Assembly: GCA_052327205.1 (NCBI GenBank)
Contig: CM126227.1
Span: 3,844,001 to 3,908,000, forward strand
Source of the DNA: Somniosus microcephalus
Taxonomy: Eukaryota
Reading direction: 5' to 3'
DNA length: 64,000 nt
Position 1 is the first letter of the stretch; each line of letters opens with the position of its first letter. Both the position numbers and the translations under genes were made by a program. The notes beneath the pieces were generated by a model. The model was not told the DNA's origin. It did not search any database and worked only from the letters and a program-made list of their open reading frames with translations. Shown here piece after piece: positions 50,605-61,430 of this stretch.

Positions 50605-52256
50605 TTATGTATCCAAGTTTGCTGATGATACAAAGCTAGGTGGGACAGTAAGCTGTGGGGAGAACACAAAGGCCTAGAAATTGGGTTGGGGCGCCAAAGT
50701 GGCGCAAAAGTCGGCGGAGCGCAGGATTTAGCGCAGCGATCGGAGTGATACCGATCGCCAGAAATTCAGTTTCAGTGCCCCTCGAGGGAGACGGGGCGAG
50801 GCTCGAGGCGCTCCGCGTCCCTCTTAGGGCGCTGAAACTGATTATCGCAGCGCAACGTGCCGCAGCGCCACATGCTGCGGCACGGCACGCTGCGGTACTG
50901 CAGGCCTTCCTCCCACTGTTAAGGGGGAGGTGCCTGCAACAGCGCGATCCCCGCTTGCGAGTGCCGGCAAATGAGCCCGGCACCAAGGAGAAGTGCCGGG
51001 CTCTCGGGAAACAGCTGGCAATGCCGCGGGGGGGGGGGGGTTAGGAGGCCGGGGACGGAGGTGCTGGCAGGCGGCCGCCGAAAAAGCGGCCGCCCCGCAC
51101 CTCCACCTTAACTTGTGCCGCTGCCGGCACAGTAAGGCCCCGTTAACCGGGCGCGGGTAGCGAGCGGCGCAACTGCGGCGTTCGCTACCAAATATCGCGA
51201 ACGGGGCACGAATGGGGCGCTGCGCACACCGATGACGTCATCGGTGGCGGCGCAGCGCAAATGCCTAACGCCACCATTAGCGCCCCTACTGAATATCGCC
51301 GGAGACGCAGCCAGTGGCGCTACAGCCACTGACTGCCTCTTTAGGCACTAACAGGTGGCGCTACTCACCCAATTTCTCCCCCAAAGAGTCTGCGAAGGGA
51401 TATAGATAGACTGAGTGAGTGGGCAGTAAGGTGGCAGGTGGAGTATAATGTGGGGAAATGTGAGGTTATTCACTTTGGTAGGAAGAATAGAAAAACAGAA
51501 TATTTTTTAAATGGTGAGAAACTTTCAAATGTTGGCGTTCAGAGAGATTTGGGTGTCCTTGTGCAAGAAACACAGAAAGCTAGCCTGCAGGTACAGCAAG
51601 CAATAAGGAAGGCAAATGGCATGTTGGCCTTTATTGCAAGGGGGTTGGAGTATAAGAGTAAGGAAGTCTTGCTCCAATTGTACAGGGCCTTGGTGAGACC
51701 ACACCTGGAGTACTGTGCACAGTTCTGGTCTCCTTATCTGAGGAAGGATATACTTGCCTTGGAGGCGGTGCAACGAAGGTTCACTAGATTAATTCCTGGG
51801 ATGAGAGGGCTGTCCTATGATGAGAGATTGTGTAGAATGGGCCTAATCTGGAGTTTAGGAGAATGAGAGGTGATCTCATCGAAACATACAAGATTCTGAA
51901 GGGGATTGACAGGGTAGATGCTGAGAGGTTGTTTCCCCTGGTTGGAGTGTCTAGAACTAGGGGGCCTAGTCTCAGGATAAGGGGTCGGCCATTTAAGACT
52001 GAGATGAGGAGGAATTTTTTCACTCAGAGGGTTGTGAATCTTTGGAATTCTCTGCCTCAGCGGGCTGTGGATGCTGAGTCTTTGAGTATATTCAAGGCTG
52101 AGATCGTTAGATTTTTGGACTCTAGGGGAATCAAGGGATACGGAGATTGGGTGGGAAAGTGGAGTTGAGGTCGATGATCAGCCATGATCTTACTGAATGG
52201 TGGAGCAGGCTCGGGAGGCCGTATGGCTGACTCCTGCTCCTAATTCTTATGTTCTT
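50605..52256 (+). mobile_element. CR1 fragment (from FADD to 3'UTR) interrupted by MITE E2
   Basis: AAGTTTGCTGATGATACAAAG (KFADDTK), then ORFs 51438-51866 and 51863-52168. Confidence 0.92.
50671..51382 (-). mobile_element. GC-rich MITE copy E2
   Basis: AAA|GGCCTAGAAATTGGG...CCCAATTTCTCCCCC|AAA. Interior is reverse-complement homologous to E1 and E3. Confidence 0.85.
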
Positions 52257-52294
52257 AAATACAGCTCCCCTTTAGCACCAGAATAATACATTGT

Positions 52295-52497
52295 GGAGGA
52301 GAAGTTCCGCGGTGTTCTTCCGCCGTAACTAAGGTGTAACTAAGGTGTAAATGTGGTGTAACTAAGGCGTAACTATGCCTGGAGATTGGCGGAAACCTGG
52401 AGAAATAAATAACTGCGGTTTTTAGCCATTTACGGCGTTTCACCAAGGGTCCGGCCAATTTTCTGCAGATCAGGAAAACCCCATGGAACTCCAGGCA
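52295..52497. mobile_element. Possible short MITE with 3-bp TSD TGT
   Basis: TGT|GGAGGAGAAGTTCCGCGG...CCATGGAACTCCAGGCA|TGT, with internal tandem GTAACTAAGG motifs. Confidence 0.4.
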
Positions 52498-52895
52498 TGT
52501 ACGTTACATGACAAAACGCTCCCGTTCTTATCAAACGGAGCACCGTCCGATTTACTGTGTGTAACGGCAGAGGACAGGTGCTAGATATCGTACTCATAAA
52601 TGTTTTGAGCTTGTCACAGTTCAGAGGTCACTCTCCGAAGTGTCATCAATATTTTAAAGAAAAGAGAAAGACGGCTGATCATTTCACGTTGATTCTCTTC
52701 TGACCTGGAGCTAGAAAATTACAAACACCTGCCAATACGCTGATACGCAACAATTAACCTCTAACTGACCTTGGCATCATCTGTTTGCAGCAATTAGGCT
52801 TTCTGCCTTAAAGGTACCGGCCCAGATAAAAAGCGCTGCCATGGTGCAGCAAGTCATGCACTCTACGCCATTCCCAACAGTATAAAACACTGCAT

Positions 52896-54700
52896 CAATA
52901 CAATACAATACAATACAAATCGCTTTATTGGCATGATAAGGTACATCTTATGTTGCCAAAGCATCAAAATACATTTATGGTTGAACACATAAACGCGGTT
53001 CCATTCATACAGTGTATAAACAGGTATATCCCTGAGTTTATAAATATACATTCGCCTTGTTTATATATACTCTTGTCTTAGTTTACTGGTTGTCCCTCTG
53101 TTCATGGCAAGCTGTAACATAGTGTGCCGCCAGTGTTACACAGCTTCTCTCCTCCCCCAGTAGGAATGGGAGTTTTTGGTTGTCAGTCAGATTTCTGAAT
53201 TCAGGGCATATTTGTGAGAATTTTTGGTAGAAATTCTCTCTGATGCCCTGATATTTTCCACAGGCTGTGAGGAAGTGCATCTCTGTCTCAACTACTCCCT
53301 GACTGCAGTGAGAGCATATCCTGTCTTCTCTTGGCAGCCTGGTCTGCCTGTGTCTGCCTTTTTCGATCGCTAGGCTATGTTCGCTAAGTCTGTACCTTGT
53401 CAAGGTTCTTCTCAGTTTGTTATCCTTTACCATGGTCAGGTAATCAGCTGTGTTGTATTGTCTGTTTAGGGCCAAGTAGCAATTGAGTTTGCTTTGGGTT
53501 TTTGTTGTTTCTGCCCAATATGACAGATATTTTTCCTTTTGCTTAGCGACGATTGTGTTGGGTCGAATTCTTTGTGTTACCCTGTCACTGTCCTGGGACT
53601 GGTTATTGTTAGTATTGTTATTAGTTACTTTATTGAGTCCCAGGACTAGTTGACTGAGGGTATTCTTCTTTATGGTCAGCTCTTGGCATTTCAGGGCGTC
53701 GTAGTGATAGCATTGGGGGTTGCTCATTTGTAGGTGATTCCAAAATTTGGTGGCTCTTTTTTGGATAGTGATTATTAATGGGTATTGGCCTAGTTCCGCC
53801 CTGCATGCGTTGTTTACTGTTTTCCTTTGAGTCCGGAGGATACTTTTACAGAATTCCGCATGTAGGATCTCAATTGGGTGTTTGTCCCATTTTGCAAAAT
53901 CTTGTTGTGTTAGTGGTCCCCAGACCTCACTGCCATAGAGTGCAATTGGTTCAATTACTGATTTGAAAATTTTGAGCCAAATGCTAATTGGGATTTCTAT
54001 TTGGATTGATTTTTTGATGGCATAGAAAGCCCTTCTTGCTTTCTCTTTCAGTTCATTCACAGCCAGTTTGAAGTTTCCCGTAGAACTGATTTTTAAGCCC
54101 AAGTATGTGTAGTGAGTGGTTTGTTCAATTTTGGTTGTTCCTACTGTGAAATTTATTGTGGGTCCATGTTGTTTGGATCTTTGCTGGAACACAAGGACTT
54201 TGGTTTTTTGGGGATTTATTGTCAGGGCCCAAGTCTGGCAGTACGACTCCAGCAGGTCCAGGTTCTGCTGTAGACCCTCCTTAGTTGGTGACAGCAGAAC
54301 CAGGTCGTCGGCATAGAGGAGGAATTTAACCTTGGATTCATATAGGGTGAGGCCGGGTGCTGTAGATTGTTCAAGTAGTTTTGCCAATCCATTAATGTAA
54401 ATATTAAAGAGTGTCGGTGAGATTGGCGAGCCCTGCGTCACCACCCGCCCCTGTGGGAAGTATTTTGTTTGTTTGTCTCCAATTTTAACTGCACATTTAT
54501 TGTTTGTATACATTGATTTAATTACATCATATGTTTTCCCTCCTACCCCGCTTTCGATAAGTTTCAGGAATAAACCGTCATGCCAGATGGAGTCGAAAGC
54601 CTTCTGGAAATCTACAAAGCATGCGTAGATTTTGCTTTTGTTATGGTGAACGTGTTTGTCAATTAGGGTCTGTAGGGTGAAGATATGATCGGATGTTCTG
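52896..54700 (-). mobile_element. RTE-X-like non-LTR retrotransposon, 5'-truncated
   Basis: (TATTG)n tail preceded by AATAAA, with an RT ORF upstream. Confidence 0.85.
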
Positions 54701-54744
54701 ACGTCCTCTGACATCATCTGACGTCCTGTGAGCAAATCTGGCAC
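53083..54744 (-). CDS. Reverse transcriptase plus C-terminal CCHC zinc finger (retrotransposon ORF2, N-terminally truncated)
   Basis: CFVDFQKAFDS, QGSPISPTLFN, LLYADD, YLG and RICSHC...HFLTAC in an uninterrupted 553-aa ORF. The first ~15 codons are probably flank. Confidence 0.85.
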   Translation of the reverse strand: MPDLLTGRQMMSEDVRTSDHIFTLQTLIDKHVHHNKSKIYACFVDFQKAFDSIWHDGLFLKLIESGVGGKTYDVIKSMYTNNKCAVKIGDKQTKYFPQGRVVTQGSPISPTLFNIYINGLAKLLEQSTAPGLTLYESKVKFLLYADDLVLLSPTKEGLQQNLDLLESYCQTWALTINPQKTKVLVFQQRSKQHGPTINFTVGTTKIEQTTHYTYLGLKISSTGNFKLAVNELKEKARRAFYAIKKSIQIEIPISIWLKIFKSVIEPIALYGSEVWGPLTQQDFAKWDKHPIEILHAEFCKSILRTQRKTVNNACRAELGQYPLIITIQKRATKFWNHLQMSNPQCYHYDALKCQELTIKKNTLSQLVLGLNKVTNNNTNNNQSQDSDRVTQRIRPNTIVAKQKEKYLSYWAETTKTQSKLNCYLALNRQYNTADYLTMVKDNKLRRTLTRYRLSEHSLAIEKGRHRQTRLPREDRICSHCSQGVVETEMHFLTACGKYQGIRENFYQKFSQICPEFRNLTDNQKLPFLLGEERSCVTLAAHYVTACHEQRDNQ

Positions 54745-55100
54745 ACTTCCCTGATTGTCTTAAATATCCCAGGAACCAAGATAAAAAAACACAAACAAAT
54801 CACAGTCTCTGAGCACATCTTGCCCAGAACTCTTCCCAAGCTCTACTACAACCGAGGAGTGGAATGCTTCAGTGTGCGAAAGGTGATTGGAGCTGGTTTC
54901 CTAAGCTGGGGATTGAGGTCACAGAGATCCACTAATGCAATGCATTCGCTGTAAGCTGTGCATTCAAACTTAGCGCTAGATTAGCAACAAAATCTGAATG
55001 ACACTAGAATCTTAGCAAAGCCGGATTTTGTCGATTTAAAACCCTCTGAGGGATTGGAGGGATGAAGCTGGGTTATCAGGGCTGTGTTTAGCCTCCGCAG

Positions 55101-56273
55101 CAGGGTTGCCAACTCTGGCTGGACGTATTCCTGGAGGCTTCATCACATGACCTGCTGCCCCGCCCCTACGCTCCCGCCATTGGTCACCCGACATGGCCAT
55201 CCTTGCAGGGCCCCGCCTTCCCACGGCCAATCGGAAAGTGAACTGACTCTTTGATATGACAGTGATTCCACTTCGAAAGTTCTTCATTGGCTGTAAAGCG
55301 CTTTGGGACGCCCTGAGATCGTGAAAGGCGCTATAGAAATGCAAGTCCTTCTTTTTCATTATCCGACTGGATGATTTTGACAGCCATTTTATCCCATCTT
55401 AGATGTTTGTAAAACTAATGAACAAAAGTGATCAAAGAATTATTTTTTTTAAAACACTTTGGCCTAGAAATTCATTAAGGCGCCCAGTTAACGCCTAAAG
55501 AGTGATTTTGCGCCAAAAATGAGTTTGCGCAGATATTCAGCAGAGCGGTATTGGCGGCGGTAGCCGTTAGCACTGCGCCGGCACCGATGACGTCATCGGT
55601 GTGCGCAGTGCCCCGGTACCGCCCAGAAACCAGCCCGATCCCCATATTTAGTTGCGGCCGCCTCCTCTGAAGCGGCCGCAAACAGCGACCAGAAAACGGG
55701 GCCGTGCTGAATCCTTAGTGGGGCGCTTTAAAGGGGAAGGTGCGGCCGGCCGCTTTTTCGGCGGCCGCCTGCCCGCACCTTCTTCCCCAGCCTCCTCCAC
55801 CCGCCCCCCCGCGGCATTGCCGGCTGGTTTGCGGGAGCCCGGCACTTCTCCGTTGTGCCGGGCTCTTTTGCCGGCACTCGCGATCGGGGCTCCGGCTGTT
55901 GCAGGCACCTCCCCCTTAAGAGGAGGAGGCCTGCAGTACCACAGCCTGCCGCTCCGCAGCGGCTGGCGCAGCGGCGCCAAGAGCGCTGATATTCAGTGTC
56001 AGCGCCCCAAGCGGAGACGGGCACACCCTGGTATAGCGCCCGGTTCCGAATTGGGGCGCTAACAATGAATATCTGACGATCGCTATAGGCTTCCCGCCCA
56101 GCGCTAACTTCTGGGCGCTAGCCAGCTGGCGGGGCCATAGTGAATTTCTAGGCCTTTTTTTTTAATGCCCTCTCTATGATTTTTCTCCCCGGGTGTTGCT
56201 CCCAGCAGTGTCCTGGAGATTAATCTTTCATTCCTGGAGACTCCAGGCCAATCCTGGAGAGTTGGCGACCCTA
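55101..56273. mobile_element. hAT-like non-autonomous element hosting a SINE tail and MITE E3
   Basis: TIR CAGGGTTGCCAACTCT...AGAGTTGGCGACCCTA with subterminal TCCTGGAG/CTCCAGG repeats. No 8-bp TSD preserved. Confidence 0.65.
55461..56154 (+). mobile_element. GC-rich MITE copy E3
   Basis: TTT|GGCCTAGAAATTCA...TGAATTTCTAGGCC|TTT, a perfect 14-bp TIR. Confidence 0.9.
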
Positions 56274-56775
56274 CGGTGTGACAGAAAAATGTCCCAGCCA
56301 AAGCTGAGTGATGTGGAGAGAGAGAGAGCATCACGAGCCCCTCCAATCTTTGCTTACTCCATTTATAGAGGTATGATAAACAGCTCTGGATAGCAGAGCA
56401 GTGCAGGAATCCAGTGAGCTGGTGTGGAGGTAAAGTGAGGGTTTACCTGTACCAGTCACCAATCTTGACGCCGAAAGCTGCTCTTGTTTTATTGAGTAGC
56501 GAGGGGCTGCTAATGTTAGTGTTTCCTCACCAGATAAAACAGCAGAGCTTAGAATCGCAGAACTGGATCAAATACCAAATCATCAGCATTCAACCAAATA
56601 AATCTGGGTCAGTTAATCCCTTTTTAATTTGTACTACAGGGATTTATTTCATATTGAATCTTTTATTTTTGATGACATTTAATCTTCACATTGATGGATG
56701 TTAATGTTGGGAAATGGCACACATATAGGGCTCCCAGTGTCAGCTTAAAGCACTGATGTACAGTATGATTTAATG

Positions 56776-57494
56776 CAGAGTAAAGCTCCCTCTACACTGT
56801 CCCATCAAACACTCCCAGGGCAGGTACAGCACGGGTTAGATACAGAGTAAAGCTCCCTCTACACTGTCCCATCAAACACTCCCAGGGCAGGTACGGCACG
56901 GGTTAGATACAGAGTAAAGCTCCCTCTACACTGTCCCATCAAACACTCCCAGGGCAGGTACAGCACGGGTTAGATACAGAGTAAAGCTCCCTCTACACTG
57001 TCCCATCAAACACTCCCAGGGCAGGTACAGCACGGGTTAGATACAGAGTAAAGCTCCCTCTACACTGTCCCATCAAACACTCCCAGGGCAGGTACAGCAC
57101 GGGTTAGATACAGAGTAAAGCTCCCTCTACACTGTCCCATCAAACACTCCCAGGGCAGGTACAGCACGGGTTAGATACAGAGTAAAGCTCCCTCTACACT
57201 GTCCCATCAAACACTCCCAGGGCAGGTACAGCACGGGTTAGATACAGAGTAAAGCTCCCTCTACACTGTCCCATCAAACACTCCCAGGGCAGGTACAGCA
57301 CGGGTTAGATACAGAGTAAAGCTCCCTCTACACTGTCCCATCAAACGCTCCCAGGGCAGGTACAGCACGGGGTTAGATACAGAGTAAAGCTCCCTCTACA
57401 CTGTCCCCATCAAACACTCCCAGGGCAGGTACAGCACGGGTTAGATACAGAGTAAAGCTTCCTCTACACTGTCCCATCAAACACTCCCAGGGCA
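56776..57494. repeat. 67-bp tandem repeat, second array
   Basis: About 11 nearly identical units. Confidence 0.97.
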
Positions 57495-57719
57495 AGTGTG
57501 TCAACTTTTTTCCATTATAAATTCCTATGTCCACATTTATAATGGAAATTACCTGTAAACATGTCACGCTGGAATTACACCATCCCCCCAGTGGTAGCGC
57601 TATGGTGCCTCAGTTTTACATTTCTCATCCCCTTAGCTGGTACCACAGAGCAATTCCTTTCCTCAAACCAACTCTTCTTCTGATTGCTGTAAGCCTTGCT
57701 ATTTTAAATAAATAATATA

Positions 57720-58052
57720 CAGGAAACTTTGGTTTATCCGGAGGTTATATGTCCAGAATACTCGCTCTAACGGCAAAAATCAGGAGCCGTTTTCTATAAG
57801 TTTTTTTTAGTTCTCGTTGCTTTTTTTTCCCAGTCAGGCACTGCAAGGTCTGTAGGTATAGCAACAGCTTCAGCTAGAGACGCTTGCAGCTGCAGCCGAC
57901 TGTTTAGAAGCTGTTGCTAAGCAACAGTGTTTGTTGTCAGATACGGAGATGAAAACCTCCGTATGCTTCAACATTAACTTTGTATGTCCGGCAGTTTTGA
58001 GAGATCGGCAACAGCTCGGTCCCGTCGGTGCCGGATATCACAAAGTTTCCTG
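57720..58052. mobile_element. Tc1/mariner-pogo-like MITE with TA TSD
   Basis: TA|CAGGAAACTTTGGTTTATCCGG...CCGGATATCACAAAGTTTCCTG|TA. Confidence 0.85.
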
Positions 58053-58431
58053 TATAAACAAAGTATTATATAAAAATAAGGACAGAATGGACGACTCTAG
58101 GATGGAGACTGGATTGTGCTCTGGTCCAATTACCCAGCTCTTTAACCGCCTTCACCCGACTAGTACTTTATAACCACAGGACTAACGATGAAGGAGGGCG
58201 ACGCAAACAGGAGCTGTTGGGCTGACAGCACTTGCTGAAGCCTCCGGCATGCTGTCATATCAAGTGCTGTTTACTCACAGGCTCTTGTCCGTGACATGGA
58301 TCGATTGTACACACCATGAGCACAAAGGCTTAGAGAGAGTCTTATCGTCTTTTACAATCAGCAATTAGAAATATCCCTGAGTGCTACCATTCTCGCTTCT
58401 TTTAACAGTTGCCCCATTCCCCTGTGACCCC

Positions 58432-59165
58432 TGACCTACACTGGCTCCTGGTCCGGCAACGCCTCGATTTTAAAATGATCATTCCTGTTTTCTAATCCCT
58501 CCATGGCCTCCTCCCTCTCATTCTCTGTAACCTCCTCCAGCCCTACAACCCTCTTGAGATCTCTGCGCTCCTCCAATTCTGGCCTCTTGCGCATCCCCAA
58601 TTTTAATCGCTCCAACATTGTGCCTTCTGTTGCCTGGGCCCTAAGCTCTGGAATTCCCTCCCTAAACCTCTCCGCCTCTCTACCTCTCTCTCCTCCTTTA
58701 AGACACTCCTTAAAATCTACCTCTTTGACCAAGTTTTTGTTCACCTGTCCTAATATCTCCTTATGTGGCTTGGTGTCAAATATTTTTTGATAACGCTGCT
58801 GTGAAGAACCTTAGGATGTTTTACTACGTAAGTCACTATATAGGTTTTAAGGAGCAACTCAAAGGAGGAGAGAGAGATTGAGAGGCTTAGGGAGGGAATT
58901 CCAGAGCTTAGGGCCGAGGCAGCTGAAGGCACGGCCACCAATGGTGGAGTGCAAGTGGCAAGAATTGGAGGGGTTCAGAGATCTTGGGGGTTGTGGGGGC
59001 TGGAGGAGGTTGCAGAGATAGGGAGGGGCGAGGCCATGGAGGGATTTGAAAAGAAGGCTGAGATTTTTAAAATCGAGGCATTGCCGGACTGGGAGCCAAT
59101 GTAGGTCAGCGAGCACAGGGGAGATGGGCGAACGGGACTTGGTGCAAGTTAGGATATAGGCAACA
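58432..59165. mobile_element. Two L2-like fragments in inverted, tail-to-tail arrangement
   Basis: 58432-58830 on +, 58840-59165 on - (SPVLADLHWLPVRQ...LWNSLP). Confidence 0.8.
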
Positions 59166-59635
59166 GAACTCACGATAACGTGCAGTACATGGACTGCGCT
59201 TGCAGGAGCTGACAGTGACACACTAACTCACCCTGCAGCCACACCAGTAAACAATAATGAGAGCCTGTGCTCCAATCTGACAGGGTTATAACATGAATCA
59301 CATATAAATAGCCTCATTGTTATGGTAACTGTTCTGACATTTTGCTTCCTTGCTGCAGTGTGGTGTGCCTCTTGTACTTATTGAGGCGATTGTGTTGAGA
59401 TAACAGGCAAGGACTTAAACACTGAGTGCGTCACTTTCATTTAAAACGCTGCTGCCTGTGCGGTTTCAGTGTGTGAAAACTTGGGATGTTTTGCTACGAT
59501 AAAGGCGCTATATAAATGCAACTTGCCGTTTGTGATCGTGCATCGGAGACTATCCCCCAGCAGAACAACGCCCTTCCTCTCCTTAAACACTACCTGAAAC
59601 GTTTCTCAGAGTAAGGCAAAGGAAAGAAAGAATAA

Positions 59636-60094
59636 AGGAAGACTTGCATTTCTATAGCGCCTTTCACGGTCACCGGACGTCCCAAAGCGCTTTACAGCCA
59701 ATGAAGTACTTTTTGAAGTGTAGTCGCTGTTGTAATGTAGGAAACACGGTAGACAATTTGCACACAGCAAGCTCCCACAAACAGCAATGTGATAATGACC
59801 AGATAATCGGTATTGGTGATGTTGATTGAGGGATAAATATTGGCCAGGACACCGGGGATAATTCGCTTGCTGCTCTTCGAAATAGTGCCTTGGGATCTTT
59901 TACATCCACCTGAGAGGGCAGACAGGGCCTTGGTTTAATATCTCATCCGAAAGACGGCACCTCCGACAGTGTGGCACTCCCTCAGCACTGCACTGGGAGT
60001 GTCAGCCTGGATTTTTGTGCTCAAATCTCTGGAGCAGGACTTGAACCTTCTGACTCAGAGGCGAGTGTGCTGCCCACTGAGCCACGGCTGACAC
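59636..60094 (-). mobile_element. Essentially full-length DeuSINE without the array
   Basis: Head, a single copy of the 33-bp precursor (59957-59995), core and tail. Confidence 0.88.
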
Positions 60095-60282
60095 TGTAAG
60101 CTGACATGAAGAGACAATTCGCTGCGGTTTTCCACAAATTTCAATCCGCACAAACCCTGGGCACCGGATTCGACACAGGCAAGAGCTTTGGAATGTTGAA
60201 AGCTGCAATGATCTCTCTGCTTTCCCTTTGCTGGGTCAGTCACTGGTTCACAGCTCTCACCCAGTTCATTCCCTGTTAGGAA

Positions 60283-61430
60283 CACAGGAATAGGAGTAGG
60301 CCATTAAATACTAATAACTTGAAGGAGAAAAAAATCGCAGGAATATGGGGAAAGAGCCGGGGAGTGGGACTGACTGGATTGCTTATCAAAAGAGCCAGTG
60401 CAGAATCGATGGGCCGAATGGCCTCCTTCTGTGCTGTACTACTCTATGATTCTATGATTCAGACCCTCGAGCCTGTTCACAGAATCATGAAATGATGCAC
60501 AGAATGTGCCGGCTCTTTGAAAGAGCTCTCCAATTCGTCCCACTCCCCCCGGTTCTTTCCCCGTAGACCTGTAACTTCTCCCCTTCAAGTATTTCTCCAA
60601 TTCCCTTTGAAAGTTACTGTTGAATCTGCTTCCATCGCCCTTTCAGACAGCGCGTTCCAGATCACAACAACTCGCTGAATAAAAAACTGTTTCCGCATGT
60701 CACCTCTGGTTCTTTTGCCAATCACTTTAAATACATGTCCTCTGGTTACCGACCCTCCTGCCACTGAAAACAGTTTCTCCTTATTTACTCTATCAAAACC
60801 CTTCATGATTTTAAACACCTCTATCAAATCTCTTCTGAACCTTTCTCTGCTCTAAGGAGAACAACCCCAGCTTCTCCAGTCTCTCCACATAACTGAAGTT
60901 CCTCATCCCTGGAACCATTCTAGTCAATCTCCTCTGCACCCTCTCCAAGGCCTTGACATCCTTCCTAAAGTGTGGTGCCCAGAATTGACTTTTTAACAAC
61001 CTTCTCAACTTGTCCTGCCACCTTCAGTGATTTGTGTACATACACCCCCAGGTCTCTCTGTTCCTGCACCCCCTTTAAAATTGTACCATTTAGTTTGTAT
61101 TGCCTCTCCTCATTCTTCCTACCAAAAAGCATCACTTCACACTTCGCTGTGTTAAATTTCATCTGCCACGTGTCTGCCCATTTCACCAGTCTGTCTGTGT
61201 CCTCCTGAAGCCTGTTACTAGCCTCCTCATTGTTTATTACATTTCTGAGTTTCGTATCATCGGCAAGCTTTGAAATGATGCCCTGTATACCCAAGTCCAG
61301 GTCATTAATATACATCAAAAAGAGCAGTGGTCCTAATACTGACCCCTGGGGGACACCACTGTATACTTCCCTCCAGTCTGAAAAACAACCGTTCACCTCT
61401 ACTCTCTGCTCTCTGTCCTTTGACCAATTC
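60283..61430 (-). mobile_element. CR1 fragments (RT to 3'UTR), with short nested CR1 tails
   Basis: [13 protein letters not shown]...LADDTK in ORF 60965-61441, plus downstream ORFs. Confidence 0.88.

Noticed and set aside
60000-60094. tRNA-like sequence with A/B boxes (also at 7969, 18175 and 49100)
   Set aside because: These are SINE heads continuous with the SINE body; no complete cloverleaf.
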